DNA from: a virus | Lineage: Duplodnaviria; Caudoviricetes | IMG/VR virus record: IMGVR_UViG_3300043077_000173 | Span: 1 to 64,000 of that record | Length of the DNA: 64,000 nt | Direction: 5' to 3' (one strand) | In this document: piece after piece, positions 36,378 to 46,827 of the stretch | How the letters are laid out: the number at the start of each line of letters is the position of its first letter | How positions within the stretch are numbered: position 1 is the first letter of the stretch | Notes under the pieces: generated by a model | What the model saw: only the letters and a program-made list of their open reading frames with translations | What the model was told of the DNA's origin: nothing | Databases searched by the model: none | Translations under genes and position numbers: made by a program

Positions 36378-37789
36378 ATCTTTCTACCACAGTTATATAT
36401 CTTATAATAGCCTTCTTTAATCATTTTGTCAACATCTTCGTCATCAGATCTTTTAACAACCATTCCGCTTTTAAACCATATATAATCAGGTTCTTCTAAA
36501 CCATTTAACTCAAACCCTAATTGAGTATATACTTCATCTTTTTCTTTACCAATACTTGAATAGCTTATAATAGTCTTTGGCTTGTAAGACTCTATAAAAG
36601 CTTTAAAAAGTATTTCTCCGGAAGATAGATTATAGCCATCTTTTACCCAATATTCCGCTAATTCATATTCATAAACAGCTGACTTACAAAATTTCATAAA
36701 TGCTGTCAGTTCATCATTTTTATAAGCATTTACAACTACATCGTTTCCATCAAATACTTTAACCGTCAAATCATTTTCATCTATCGTTTCCTCATCGATT
36801 TTCAATAAATGATTTAACTCATGAAGTATTTTTAAACGATTTGTGTTCCATTCATACTCAAATATGTGATAAATGAATATACCCTTTTCTTCTGCAAGCA
36901 AAGATTTTTCTTGATGATAATTTTTAGGTTTAGCATATTCATTATGATAGAAATTACCATTAAATTCTACACCTATTTTAAGTTCTGGTATATAAATGTC
37001 AATTTCTCTTGATTTTAAATATTTGCGAGTATTATTTTCAGTTTCATAATATTGGTTTATATAATCTCTTATACATTTTTCTGGTATTGATTTAGAATAA
37101 TCAAATAGATAATACCAATTATTTTTATTAATGATAAGCCACATTGTTCGATAGCGTATATTCAATTTTGTTGATAAATCTTTGATATTCAATACTTTAT
37201 TATCAATTATGTATTGTAAAAGTTTATCTTCATGCTCTAATAAATCCCTCTGTTCTTCAGAGTAATCCTTACACATATAAATCTTTGACCCATATCTTTT
37301 TAAGCATGTATCTTGATTTTTTTTGGTATTATTGTAGTTCTCATTTCCATACTTTTTAAACTTTGTGTTCTTAACTTTTTCTAAAAAATCAGTCGTCTGA
37401 GAATAATATTCCGTACCATATTTCTCCCTTAAAGTGTTCTTTGATTTTTCTTTTACACCTTCTCGTTGAAAAACATTAGTAATACCTTCATTTTTCAATA
37501 AGTTCTTTTTAAGATTTTCTTTAATCTTTTTCGTATCTTTTCTAATACCAAGTTTTTTAAATGCTTTCATTAACCCAGACTCACTTCTGTCAAATACGAT
37601 ACTTGCATCTTCTCTAAGCATATTAAGCTCTATATACAAATATTGTACATCCTCTTTATACGGAAGTTCTTTTCGTATACCACCATGATCGTTTCGTGGG
37701 ATTATTTTTAATGGGTTTATAGCATAGTTTCTTTTTAATCTTGATGTATCAACTCCATATTCATCAAATATTTCTTGTATGGTTTTCAT
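36359..37789 (-). CDS. Hef-like endonuclease with degenerate Mom/GNAT-like domain
   Basis: Same N-domain and KYG repeats; EIDIYIPELKIGVEFNGNFYH; C-domain lacks NHLQG. Confidence 0.75.
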   Translation of the reverse strand: MKTIQEIFDEYGVDTSRLKRNYAINPLKIIPRNDHGGIRKELPYKEDVQYLYIELNMLREDASIVFDRSESGLMKAFKKLGIRKDTKKIKENLKKNLLKNEGITNVFQREGVKEKSKNTLREKYGTEYYSQTTDFLEKVKNTKFKKYGNENYNNTKKNQDTCLKRYGSKIYMCKDYSEEQRDLLEHEDKLLQYIIDNKVLNIKDLSTKLNIRYRTMWLIINKNNWYYLFDYSKSIPEKCIRDYINQYYETENNTRKYLKSREIDIYIPELKIGVEFNGNFYHNEYAKPKNYHQEKSLLAEEKGIFIYHIFEYEWNTNRLKILHELNHLLKIDEETIDENDLTVKVFDGNDVVVNAYKNDELTAFMKFCKSAVYEYELAEYWVKDGYNLSSGEILFKAFIESYKPKTIISYSSIGKEKDEVYTQLGFELNGLEEPDYIWFKSGMVVKRSDDEDVDKMIKEGYYKIYNCGRKIWVWKA

Positions 37790-37851
37790 AATACCTCCGT
37801 ATTCGTTTGGATATATTTATACCATATTTATGTTCATATTACAAATAAAAA

Positions 37852-37877
37852 AAGAGAGTGAATTTCTTCACTCTCTT
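37852..37877 (-). terminator. terminator after the major capsid gene
   Basis: AAGAGAGTGAA-TTTC-TTCACTCTCTT plus T tract on the - strand. Confidence 0.85.
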
Positions 37878-37899
37878 ATAAGTCTTTCTCTTACAGCTA

Positions 37900-39087
37900 T
37901 TAGATGAAGCGTAAGTTCTGAACTTTAATGCGAGCCAAATAATCAGCTGCGTTGCCCAAACTGCTAGCTGGGTTTGTTAGAGCTTTGAAGCCATAACGAG
38001 TAACCATACCCATAACATTTTCAAATGTATTAGGATCAATCAATGTACCAGAACACATTACTGGAATGTAAGGACAATAGTAAGCAGGAGCATCAATCTC
38101 GTTGTCACCCTTATAGCCCATTAGAATATCGTCATCAGTAGCATATGTGTTTACATAAACTTTGATAGCACCATTCAAAACACCAAGCTGTTTGTTGTTA
38201 GTTGGAGCTTCAAACTTACCTTCAGTTGTACGAACGAACTGAGAAGCACCAGCAGACTGTAAAACAGAAAGAACAGCGTGGTTTACAACAGCCCAGTTAG
38301 CTGTCGATTTGCGAATCTTACGAGCGATTTCGTTACCGCAACGGTTCATCAATGCAGCTAGAGAAGCATGTTCATCAACGACTGAAACTGCAACACCTGA
38401 TGTCTTGTTCTGATCATAAACAGCCATTGGCATACCAGCAATACTGCGTAATTTAGCAAGAATTTCTTGGTCGATATCAAGAACGATCTGCTGAGCTAAT
38501 GATGTAGAAAGTTCCTGTTCGATGTTTGCACCATACTGTGATTCAGCGTCCTGCATAGCTTCAAGTGTGAAGCGAGCTTTCAAACGACGTGTACCAGCTT
38601 TAACATCTTCTTTAATGAATTCAACGGAAATATCGTTACCGCCTGTACCTTCAAGAACAGCTGTATCAGCAGCACCTGGATTTTCCATATCTTCGTTACC
38701 TGAATACCAAGCACCAACCAAGAATGGGGACATAGCTTCCTGACCAGCAATGATACCTTTACCATTTACTGGAGAAGTTGTAGCATAACGAATACGCATT
38801 GTTGTGATTAGGCCAGCAGGACCTGTTAGAGGCTGAACACCAACTAATTCGTGAGCCATAACAGTTGGCATAACACGTTTAATTAAAGGCATCATAACCT
38901 TGTTGATAAGAGCAACGTTAGCAGCAACAGTTGAGCCACCAGTAGCATGCTCTTTTAAGAGTTCACGACGTGTATTTTCTAATACAGTCTCTGTAATTGC
39001 ACGGCGAGAAGCAGATTTGATGTCGGCACAAAGACCAGACTTCATTTTGTTCCAAGCAACGGCATTTTCTAATATAATATTAGCCAT
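37900..39087 (-). CDS. major capsid protein (T4 gp23-like)
   Basis: LVGVQPLTGPAG, RRLKARFTLEAMQD, IDQEIL, YCPYIP, TRYG. Confidence 0.96.
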   Translation of the reverse strand: MANIILENAVAWNKMKSGLCADIKSASRRAITETVLENTRRELLKEHATGGSTVAANVALINKVMMPLIKRVMPTVMAHELVGVQPLTGPAGLITTMRIRYATTSPVNGKGIIAGQEAMSPFLVGAWYSGNEDMENPGAADTAVLEGTGGNDISVEFIKEDVKAGTRRLKARFTLEAMQDAESQYGANIEQELSTSLAQQIVLDIDQEILAKLRSIAGMPMAVYDQNKTSGVAVSVVDEHASLAALMNRCGNEIARKIRKSTANWAVVNHAVLSVLQSAGASQFVRTTEGKFEAPTNNKQLGVLNGAIKVYVNTYATDDDILMGYKGDNEIDAPAYYCPYIPVMCSGTLIDPNTFENVMGMVTRYGFKALTNPASSLGNAADYLARIKVQNLRFI

Positions 39088-39109
39088 TAAAAATTTCTCC
39101 TATTTTAAG

Positions 39110-40375
39110 TTAAATTAATTTACTGTTCGCAATAATCTTGGAAATCTCTGCGTCAACGTCAAGACCGCCCATATCCTCTACATTCATTGCAACCTTATTT
39201 GTGTTATTTCCTGTTAAATAAACAGGTTTCTTGCTTTCTTTTAAAACGCTTTCACCTTTATTTATAACAGATTTTGTAGAATTGCTTAAAATCATAGGAA
39301 TATACTTCTTTACAGACTCGTTTAATTTTTCTGTAGGAACTTCTTTCACTAAGTTTTTAATCATATCTTGTTTGTCTTTTGCTAAATGACCAATGGATTC
39401 ATTGATAATCTTTGCTCTTACAAGCTTGTCATTTACAGCTTTTAATTGTTTGTTTTCGTTAAGAGCTTTAGTAGCCTTTTCTTCCAATACTTTATTAGAA
39501 TGAAGTAACTTATTCTGATTTGCTTTAACAGATTCTAACAAACCGTTTACAACCTTATTCTCGTTAAAGAATTTAACAGCAAATTCTTTTGCAAATGCTT
39601 CAAAAATCTTTGAACCAAAGGATTTCTTACGGTTGTCAGCAATCTCTTTACGAAATTCTGTAATCTCACGATTCATTGTTTCGTTTACAAACTTTTCCAT
39701 TTTATCAGCAGCGTTGTTGTAAAATTTCTGCTTGGCTTTTGAAAGCTTTTCAGCAGATTCTTTAACTAAACGTACACGTAAAGCATCTAGAGATTTCATC
39801 TCATCTTTATGCTCTTTAACGTTTGCTTTAACCTGTTCAGAAATGAATTTACCAAACTTTTCAATGGATTCAGCAAATTGTTTCTTGTCATCTTTAAATT
39901 CCATAACTTGCTTTTTAACAGTTTCATTAATAAACTGTGAAGCTTTTGTTACAAAATCATCTTTTTTAGCTTCATAAGATGCTTTTAATGATTCTTGTAA
40001 TTGAGCCAATTTTTTATTAAATGATTCTTTAATAACTGCTTCTTTATCAGCAAGTAATTTATCTAAAGATTTCTGAGCTTCTTGTAGTTTCAATTTTTCT
40101 TTAATCAAGTTCTTTCTGTGAAGATCAATTTTCTTCATTTCTTCTGAAATAACATTGTTTGTAAGAGTGTTCATTGATTCTACAATACGTTCTTTATCAG
40201 CTTTTGCCTGCTTTGAAAGTTCTTCGTAAACTTCTTGACGTACGTCTTGACGAATTTGTGATACTTTTTCTTTCATAAGAGCATTAAAAGCATTCTTAAC
40301 ATCAGCAGTAGCATTGTTACCTAAGCATTCTAATAACTTGGCATTCAATTCTCTATCTGTTAATTTTGTAGCCAT
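39110..40375 (-). CDS. prohead scaffolding/core protein (gp22-like)
   Basis: Long coiled coil between protease and capsid genes; FGSKIFEAFAKEF motif. Confidence 0.8.
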   Translation of the reverse strand: MATKLTDRELNAKLLECLGNNATADVKNAFNALMKEKVSQIRQDVRQEVYEELSKQAKADKERIVESMNTLTNNVISEEMKKIDLHRKNLIKEKLKLQEAQKSLDKLLADKEAVIKESFNKKLAQLQESLKASYEAKKDDFVTKASQFINETVKKQVMEFKDDKKQFAESIEKFGKFISEQVKANVKEHKDEMKSLDALRVRLVKESAEKLSKAKQKFYNNAADKMEKFVNETMNREITEFRKEIADNRKKSFGSKIFEAFAKEFAVKFFNENKVVNGLLESVKANQNKLLHSNKVLEEKATKALNENKQLKAVNDKLVRAKIINESIGHLAKDKQDMIKNLVKEVPTEKLNESVKKYIPMILSNSTKSVINKGESVLKESKKPVYLTGNNTNKVAMNVEDMGGLDVDAEISKIIANSKLI

Positions 40376-40391
40376 TTTTTATTCTCCTAAA

Positions 40392-41063
40392 TTATTTGTA
40401 ACTCCAAGACCTGAACCAACTAACAATATCATCATTTAACTGTTGTTCATATCTCTTTGAATTACCATATATATAATCCGCTGCACTGTTATACAAGTGC
40501 TGTCCTTTTCCACCTTGAAACTTCTCATATACAGGTGTCGGACGAGCATCTTGGGCTGAAGGTGTTGCAACAATATCAACAGTGATGATCTTGAAGTCAG
40601 AAACTTCACCAGTGTAATCATCAACGTTACCTGAACCTCTGGAGCTTACTCCTAATGGAACTCCGTCCATGAGTAACCCTTCAACAATTTTTCCTGATGG
40701 AGTGCTTGATAATATTTTCATATCACCTACACCATTATATCCATCCATATGAATTTCCGTAATCATATGCGAAACATTATGTGCATTAATGACTAATGTA
40801 TCTGGGTGATCTAGTTCACCTAATACACCACCATAGCTTTTGATCTGTTCATTCAAATCATCTAATGCACTTTCAATCTCGTGTTTTGGGTAGATACGAC
40901 CATTAAGATTCTGTTTTTCACTTTGAACGAATATCCCTTTCAAGTGCCAATTCTTGCGTTTATTACCACGTTCATCAACGAACTCAGTCTGGTCAGGCAT
41001 TAATTTTGCCTGACCGTTACTGATATATTCTTGAAGAATCAATGGGGATTTATTATCTACCAT
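40392..41063 (-). CDS. prohead protease (T4 gp21-like)
   Basis: NLNGRIYP, LGELDHP, GVSSRGSG, DIVATPS. Confidence 0.95.
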   Translation of the reverse strand: MVDNKSPLILQEYISNGQAKLMPDQTEFVDERGNKRKNWHLKGIFVQSEKQNLNGRIYPKHEIESALDDLNEQIKSYGGVLGELDHPDTLVINAHNVSHMITEIHMDGYNGVGDMKILSSTPSGKIVEGLLMDGVPLGVSSRGSGNVDDYTGEVSDFKIITVDIVATPSAQDARPTPVYEKFQGGKGQHLYNSAADYIYGNSKRYEQQLNDDIVSWFRSWSYK

Positions 41064-41078
41064 TCTTCCTTCCTTCTA

Positions 41079-42125
41079 TTATTTGTCTAATAAAGATTTG
41101 CTTGTAGCAGCTTTATTAGCAGGTTTTTCTTGCTTATGCCAAGATTTAACACCCTTATTTTCATAAGAGCTCATTTTAACCTTTGATGAAGGAGCTTTAC
41201 CCTGTGAAACTGTATAATCAACTGCTAAACCAGCTTTGTTATCCATCTTCATACCAGGTAATTTACCAAAGTTCATAGAACTATTTTTCTTAACGCCTTC
41301 TTCTTCAGAGGTCATTTTTTTACGAGGATCAGCAATGTTTGTGAAAGATTCTTCAACAGCTTCTTTCTCATCACCTTCAATACCCTCTAATTCATCAATT
41401 AGAGCATTTAGATCTTCAGCAGTGTATTTGATGTCGTCAATAACTTCATCTTCACCACGTTGAACATCTTCATAGCTGCCTTCTTCGCCGTCAGCTGTAT
41501 CTGCAACAGGAGCATCAGCAGGTTCAGCACCTTCTGTTCCTTCTTCATCAGCTTCACCAATCATATCATCAGCATTTTCTGCTTCATCAGATGTGAATTC
41601 TTCATCATCAGCAACATCTTCATCTTCAGAAACTTCATCACCGTTGATAGCTGCTGAAATTTCATCGAATAGATCTGCAACTTCGTCAGAAAGTTCGCCA
41701 GCCATTTCAAATTCGCCACGAAGTTCTTCAAGAGCAACAGCACCATCTTCTTTGAGATCTTCACCTTCACCATCTTCGGCGAGTTTCAATTCATCAAGAA
41801 CGTTACGAACATCATCAAATTTGGCAGAAATTTCGTCTGTCATTTCAGCAGGGAACTTGTCAGCTAACTCGTCAACAGCGTTCTGTGCTTGTGTAAATTT
41901 TTCTTCAGAATCTGAACCGATTTCATCAGTAATTTCATTGTTGAAATCATCACCCATATCTGAAACTTCAAAATCTTCGTCAGCAGCTTCTAAAAGAGCA
42001 TAGCTACTTTTGGCGGCTAGATCCATGTGACGTTTAAGTAAGCGTTCAGCTTTCTTAACATCGTTTTCAGAAACTAGAGCATCAAAAGCTTCTGCTAACA
42101 ATTTTTTGTTTAAGTTATTAGACAT
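41079..42125 (-). CDS. acidic prohead core protein
   Basis: Very D/E-rich; lies between portal and protease; TATAAATA at 42168-42175. Confidence 0.65.
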   Translation of the reverse strand: MSNNLNKKLLAEAFDALVSENDVKKAERLLKRHMDLAAKSSYALLEAADEDFEVSDMGDDFNNEITDEIGSDSEEKFTQAQNAVDELADKFPAEMTDEISAKFDDVRNVLDELKLAEDGEGEDLKEDGAVALEELRGEFEMAGELSDEVADLFDEISAAINGDEVSEDEDVADDEEFTSDEAENADDMIGEADEEGTEGAEPADAPVADTADGEEGSYEDVQRGEDEVIDDIKYTAEDLNALIDELEGIEGDEKEAVEESFTNIADPRKKMTSEEEGVKKNSSMNFGKLPGMKMDNKAGLAVDYTVSQGKAPSSKVKMSSYENKGVKSWHKQEKPANKAATSKSLLDK

Positions 42126-42274
42126 AAATACATCTCCTTAAATGTTTTATAAAAAATGTTCTATGTGTATTTATACAAGGATAGCTTTATTCATTGTTTT
42201 AGAAGTTTTTACACAAAAAATACCCCAAAATATTTTCGGAGTATTTTGAATTAAAATATTGACAAAGTCTAGGT

Positions 42275-42538
42275 TTACATCATTCCACCCATCATTCCGG
42301 ATTCATCTTCAGGATTAGCTGATGGTCCATATAGAACAGGAATAAATGCACTATCTTGAGCAATTTCTTCACGTTTTTGGTTTCTAATACGTTTTAATCT
42401 ATTCAAATCACCTAATGTTAAAACCTTTTTACGTTTTTCACCATAATGTGGTAAAGATTCATCTTCTTCTCTTTCATAAGGAGATGTTTTATTAATATCT
42501 TCACTTTCATTCAAGATTTTCTTTAATTCTTCAATCAT
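42275..42538 (-). CDS. small conserved head-module protein
   Basis: ILNE motif; LTL..LNRLKRIR...LYG; directly follows the portal. Confidence 0.65.
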   Translation of the reverse strand: MIEELKKILNESEDINKTSPYEREEDESLPHYGEKRKKVLTLGDLNRLKRIRNQKREEIAQDSAFIPVLYGPSANPEDESGMMGGMM

Positions 42539-42548
42539 TTTTTATCCT

Positions 42549-44342
42549 TTACATTCCTGTAGTCGGAGCAGTGCCCATTCCAGCACCACCCATACCCATA
42601 TCAGCACCACCTGTAGCACCCATTCCAGCACCACCCATGCCCATATCGGTTGAACCCATTCCCATGTCAGTAGAACCCATTCCGCCAACACCCATATCAG
42701 GATTCATTTCATTACCTAAATCATTTAGATAATCGTTTGGAATATCTTCTACGCCAACCGTTCTTAATCCAGGAACTTGATTCAAATCCTCTGTAGATAA
42801 CGGTATATCTTTATCTTTAAACCTATCTTGATTTTCAATCTTTAATAAACGCTGATTTTCATTAAATTCTTCTTCAGTAAGATTTAGATAAAACTTCAAT
42901 GCAAACTGTTTTGAAATATATGGATTAGAAACAGCTGAATTAAATGTTTCCAAACGATTTTTCTTAATTTCTTCATCAGCCATTTCTGTAATATTTGTTG
43001 GCTCAAAAAATGCTAACTCATAAGCATCTTCTTCAATCTCTAATCCACGATATCTAACGTATTTCTTAAATTCTTCATCAAATGTTGTAATCAAGATTGC
43101 CTGTAATCTTTCACAATACTTTAAGAAACGTTGCTCTTGAACAAGTGTTGTCGATAAACTTGTTGGAACGCTTCTTCCAGAATCACCATCAGTTGGACCA
43201 TATGGAACCCAAGATTGTGGTACATGTAATCCTCTAATTAAAAGGTTTTCCCAATATACCATATCATTGATTTCGCCAATATTTCCAGCAGCTGGTAATT
43301 TATCAATCTTTGGTTGAACACCATCTGCATCAACTGGTAGCCAATAGTCCTCATTCATTGGTATAGAATTATATGCTACATCAATTGTGTTAAATACTCC
43401 ATCAGAATCTTTTGAAGGCATCCTTCTTTGAGACATTTCATTCTTACATTGTTCAAGATATTGTCTACGTTTATATCTTGGTACAGAACCTACCGGAATA
43501 CTGAATACCAATTTTTCTGTAGCATTTTTTATACGATATAATAGGATACAATCTTGTAATAACATCTTTTGGATATACACTTTATAGATGTTTTCCAAAA
43601 TGGATATACCAAAAGGATATACCAAAATATCATCAACGTTTGTTGAAAGATGTACAACATATTTAGATTCAACAGGTAATGTTGTTTGATCATTTAATGA
43701 ATTATTTGCTTGCTGTGATTGTTGTACAGGATTTACATTAGTCGTTGTTCCACCAACGATATTTAAAAAGTTTCTTGTTTGAACGTCTGAATTAGCCGTT
43801 GATGCAATCTTTGCTGGAACGTTTAGTTCAACGTTTTTAATTACATAATGTGTTGGATTATGTAATTCATCAGCAATAATTCCTGTTACATCATATACAT
43901 TAACTCTATGTAATTCAAGAGTTTCAGGATCTCTAATAAAATATGTATCACCATATTTTAAAGTATCTCTTACAGTATCATATATACGTTTTTTCCACTC
44001 TTGTTTTTTTACCCATTCTTTTAACACCAATTCTAAACTATCAGTATGAGAATCTGGTAGTTCCATACCGTCTGTATATTTTATTTGAAATGGTGAATCT
44101 TTACCAGTCTGTGTGATATAATCTGTCAGCATATCCAATGACCAAGATATAACTGGATCTTGTTCCATCCCATCGTATACATTATATCTTTCCATACGGT
44201 TTTGAGGACCTTGATATACTATTGGTAAAAGATTTTTATATTTGTCATATAAACTAGGTGTACCAGAATAATTTGACTTATTACCTATACCCATCTTTGC
44301 TTTTGATAAATCAACATTTTTTAAAAACTTCTTATATGACAT
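42549..44342 (-). CDS. portal protein (T4 gp20-like)
   Basis: LKYGD, PFGISILE, D.ILLYRI..A.E..VF.I.VG, NEDYWLP, I..LP. Confidence 0.92.
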   Translation of the reverse strand: MSYKKFLKNVDLSKAKMGIGNKSNYSGTPSLYDKYKNLLPIVYQGPQNRMERYNVYDGMEQDPVISWSLDMLTDYITQTGKDSPFQIKYTDGMELPDSHTDSLELVLKEWVKKQEWKKRIYDTVRDTLKYGDTYFIRDPETLELHRVNVYDVTGIIADELHNPTHYVIKNVELNVPAKIASTANSDVQTRNFLNIVGGTTTNVNPVQQSQQANNSLNDQTTLPVESKYVVHLSTNVDDILVYPFGISILENIYKVYIQKMLLQDCILLYRIKNATEKLVFSIPVGSVPRYKRRQYLEQCKNEMSQRRMPSKDSDGVFNTIDVAYNSIPMNEDYWLPVDADGVQPKIDKLPAAGNIGEINDMVYWENLLIRGLHVPQSWVPYGPTDGDSGRSVPTSLSTTLVQEQRFLKYCERLQAILITTFDEEFKKYVRYRGLEIEEDAYELAFFEPTNITEMADEEIKKNRLETFNSAVSNPYISKQFALKFYLNLTEEEFNENQRLLKIENQDRFKDKDIPLSTEDLNQVPGLRTVGVEDIPNDYLNDLGNEMNPDMGVGGMGSTDMGMGSTDMGMGGAGMGATGGADMGMGGAGMGTAPTTGM

Positions 44343-44374
44343 TGATATTGCACCTTAAAACTTTTACATATCAC

Positions 44375-44382
44375 TATTTATA
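44375..44382 (-). promoter_or_regulatory. T4-type late promoter for the portal gene
   Basis: Exact TATAAATA about 33 nt upstream of the ATG. Confidence 0.75.
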
Positions 44383-44411
44383 GCATATTTTTACTCAAAT
44401 AATCAATTTTA

Positions 44412-46811
44412 TTATTGATTCGTTCTAATGCCGTTTAAGCTCACACCATTATTCAATGATGGTAATAATTTAAAATAGTCAATAAGATTAGACGTTAAGC
44501 TCGTTAATTTTTGAACCCCTTGATTAATTGACGCCAAATAATCAACATCACCAGCTACAGACCAATCATAATTGTTCCCATTGTTTTTGAAAAGTTCTGT
44601 AGCAATTGAATCCCCATTGGACGATGGCGTATCATCACCAAATGTATCTGGATTAACAATTGCTTCTGGTTGAACTAATGGTTTCACCGTCGGTGTAACA
44701 GCTTTCAATCCAATTTTTGGTTCTTTAGTGGTCCATTTATCTACTAATGCATTACCGGCGTTTGCAATTGTTGCACCAAGTATTGGATGCCCAGTTGCTG
44801 CTACAACACCTCCAACGGCGGTAGCTAATCCTTTGCCTGCAGCTCTTGCAACACTTTTTACGCTTGTGTCTACAACGGCATCTGCGACAGCTGCTCCAAC
44901 ATCTTCTGCGGCAAAATATAATCCAGCAAGACCAGCACCGTACCCTCCGAGTTTCAAAATAGAACCCAACGCCCCAGGAAGAAGTCCTATTGATGTAATT
45001 ATTTTACCAATTGCATTCGTTCCAAGCCATTTAAAGGCACTAACCATCCATTTACCAATTGTTGTTAGACCAGATAACCCTTTACCAAGTCCAGTAAATC
45101 CTAGCTTCACTATATTTTTTAACCCAGATAACCCTTTACCAAGCCCAGTAAATCCTAACTTCACTACATTTTTTAACCCAGAGAACGCTTTAGAAAATAA
45201 ACCCGTTCCAGTAACGCTTTCTCCAAAGAATTTTTTTACCAGCACATCTCCAATAACCATTCCAAGTGTCGTTGCTAATATATTACCTGCTGTTGAAATT
45301 ACTGCTCCAACTACACCTCTTGTTTCAGGGGCTAATGATCTCATAGCTTCTGCTGCTTTGCCAGTCGCTTCAGCGACTTCGTCCATAGCTTTTGACGCTA
45401 AGTTTACTTCTGTTCTAATTCTATTATATCCACCAAGAGCTTCAAATATATTATTCATGGTTATGTTCTGCTTTTCGAACATATTTTGAAGGCTTGTTAA
45501 AAATTCGGTATCTTTCTTTCTATTTTCGTCCTCTTCCGGTGTTTGTTCCTCTTCTTTTGCTTTAGCTTGTCCAAGCAAATAGGCTTGTCTGTTTGCATAT
45601 GAACCATGTGAAAAATATAGTTCTGATGTTTCTGCACCTGCTGCTGCAGAAAATATACCATGATTGCTAAGATCTCTTTGTGCTTTTTTACTATCTCTTT
45701 CATAGGCTGGTGCTAATTGTTTTGCAAGAGCTGTTACTGATTCTTGTGTCAGCGTTCCGTCACGCATTTGTTCCATAATTGCACGATCTAATTTGGAGCC
45801 AAATTCACTACCAGCTTGATTCATTAATATCTTTGAATTAATGCGAGTTCCACCTGAAGCAAAATAGTCAAGATAATCATCAGATCCTCTACCAGCTGCA
45901 TATAATGCTTTATACATCTCTGGATTTGCTTCTTTCCAGACTTTAACACGTAATGCTTTGTCTTTAGCGTCTTGTTCTTCTTTAAGCTGAGAAACTGTTT
46001 TACCAGTTGCTAAACTCAAAGCTTTCATCGATTTTGCTTGTTTATCAACTTCTCTTGTTAACTCTTCTTCGCTCATCGTTAAAAGCTTTATAGGCGATAC
46101 GCTATCAACATATGTTTCAAAAGCTGCTTGAGCATCATCTTGTGACATTTGGTATTTTTGAGTAAGTCCAGCAGTAGCTTTTTCATATGCTTTAACACCA
46201 TTACCATATGTATTGTTTAGTTTAGCAATGGTTGGAGCCATTTTTTGTAAACGTTTTGCCAAATCTTCATGTGTCATACCAAGAGTGCTTGCACTTTGTA
46301 CTAAACTGTCAAAACCATCTCTTACAAGTACACCACTATGTTCAAGATCTGCATATATGTTTGCATTTTTGAGGGTGCCCTTCATTTCGTTTACGGCACC
46401 GTCCCACGCTTTTGTCGCTAAAACAATAAATTTTTTAAATTTACTATCTGAAACACTATCAAATTTACCTAATGCTTTTGATATAACATCAGCATTGTTT
46501 TTCGCTGTTTGTTGTTGCCTTCTTCTTTCTTCTTTTTCTCTGCGTGTGGCCTCTTTAGCATCACGTTTGTTATCATTTTCTATAGTCTGTTTCGCTATAT
46601 CATTAGCATTTTTGTTTTGTTTACCAAGTTCTTCTATGATTTTTGTAACTGATTTTGTATTCTTTCTGTCTAATAATGCTCCCAAGGCCTCTAATAATGG
46701 AATTAAGCCGTTAACACTACTAAATCCAACAGATATAGCACCACGCTGTTCAATGTATGGAATTAAATTTTCCATACCAGTAAGTAAATCTGATGTATCT
46801 ATATCTGCCAT
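44412..46811 (-). CDS. probable tape measure protein
   Basis: 799 aa helical, Ala/Gly-rich hydrophobic C-half with an 18-aa (54-bp) tandem repeat. Confidence 0.6.
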   Translation of the reverse strand: MADIDTSDLLTGMENLIPYIEQRGAISVGFSSVNGLIPLLEALGALLDRKNTKSVTKIIEELGKQNKNANDIAKQTIENDNKRDAKEATRREKEERRRQQQTAKNNADVISKALGKFDSVSDSKFKKFIVLATKAWDGAVNEMKGTLKNANIYADLEHSGVLVRDGFDSLVQSASTLGMTHEDLAKRLQKMAPTIAKLNNTYGNGVKAYEKATAGLTQKYQMSQDDAQAAFETYVDSVSPIKLLTMSEEELTREVDKQAKSMKALSLATGKTVSQLKEEQDAKDKALRVKVWKEANPEMYKALYAAGRGSDDYLDYFASGGTRINSKILMNQAGSEFGSKLDRAIMEQMRDGTLTQESVTALAKQLAPAYERDSKKAQRDLSNHGIFSAAAGAETSELYFSHGSYANRQAYLLGQAKAKEEEQTPEEDENRKKDTEFLTSLQNMFEKQNITMNNIFEALGGYNRIRTEVNLASKAMDEVAEATGKAAEAMRSLAPETRGVVGAVISTAGNILATTLGMVIGDVLVKKFFGESVTGTGLFSKAFSGLKNVVKLGFTGLGKGLSGLKNIVKLGFTGLGKGLSGLTTIGKWMVSAFKWLGTNAIGKIITSIGLLPGALGSILKLGGYGAGLAGLYFAAEDVGAAVADAVVDTSVKSVARAAGKGLATAVGGVVAATGHPILGATIANAGNALVDKWTTKEPKIGLKAVTPTVKPLVQPEAIVNPDTFGDDTPSSNGDSIATELFKNNGNNYDWSVAGDVDYLASINQGVQKLTSLTSNLIDYFKLLPSLNNGVSLNGIRTNQ

Positions 46812-46827
46812 AAAACTTTAACCTTCT

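Noticed and set aside
44728-46821. 253-aa and 202-aa + strand ORFs
   Set aside because: Antisense shadows of the tape measure candidate, with no RBS or recognisable motifs
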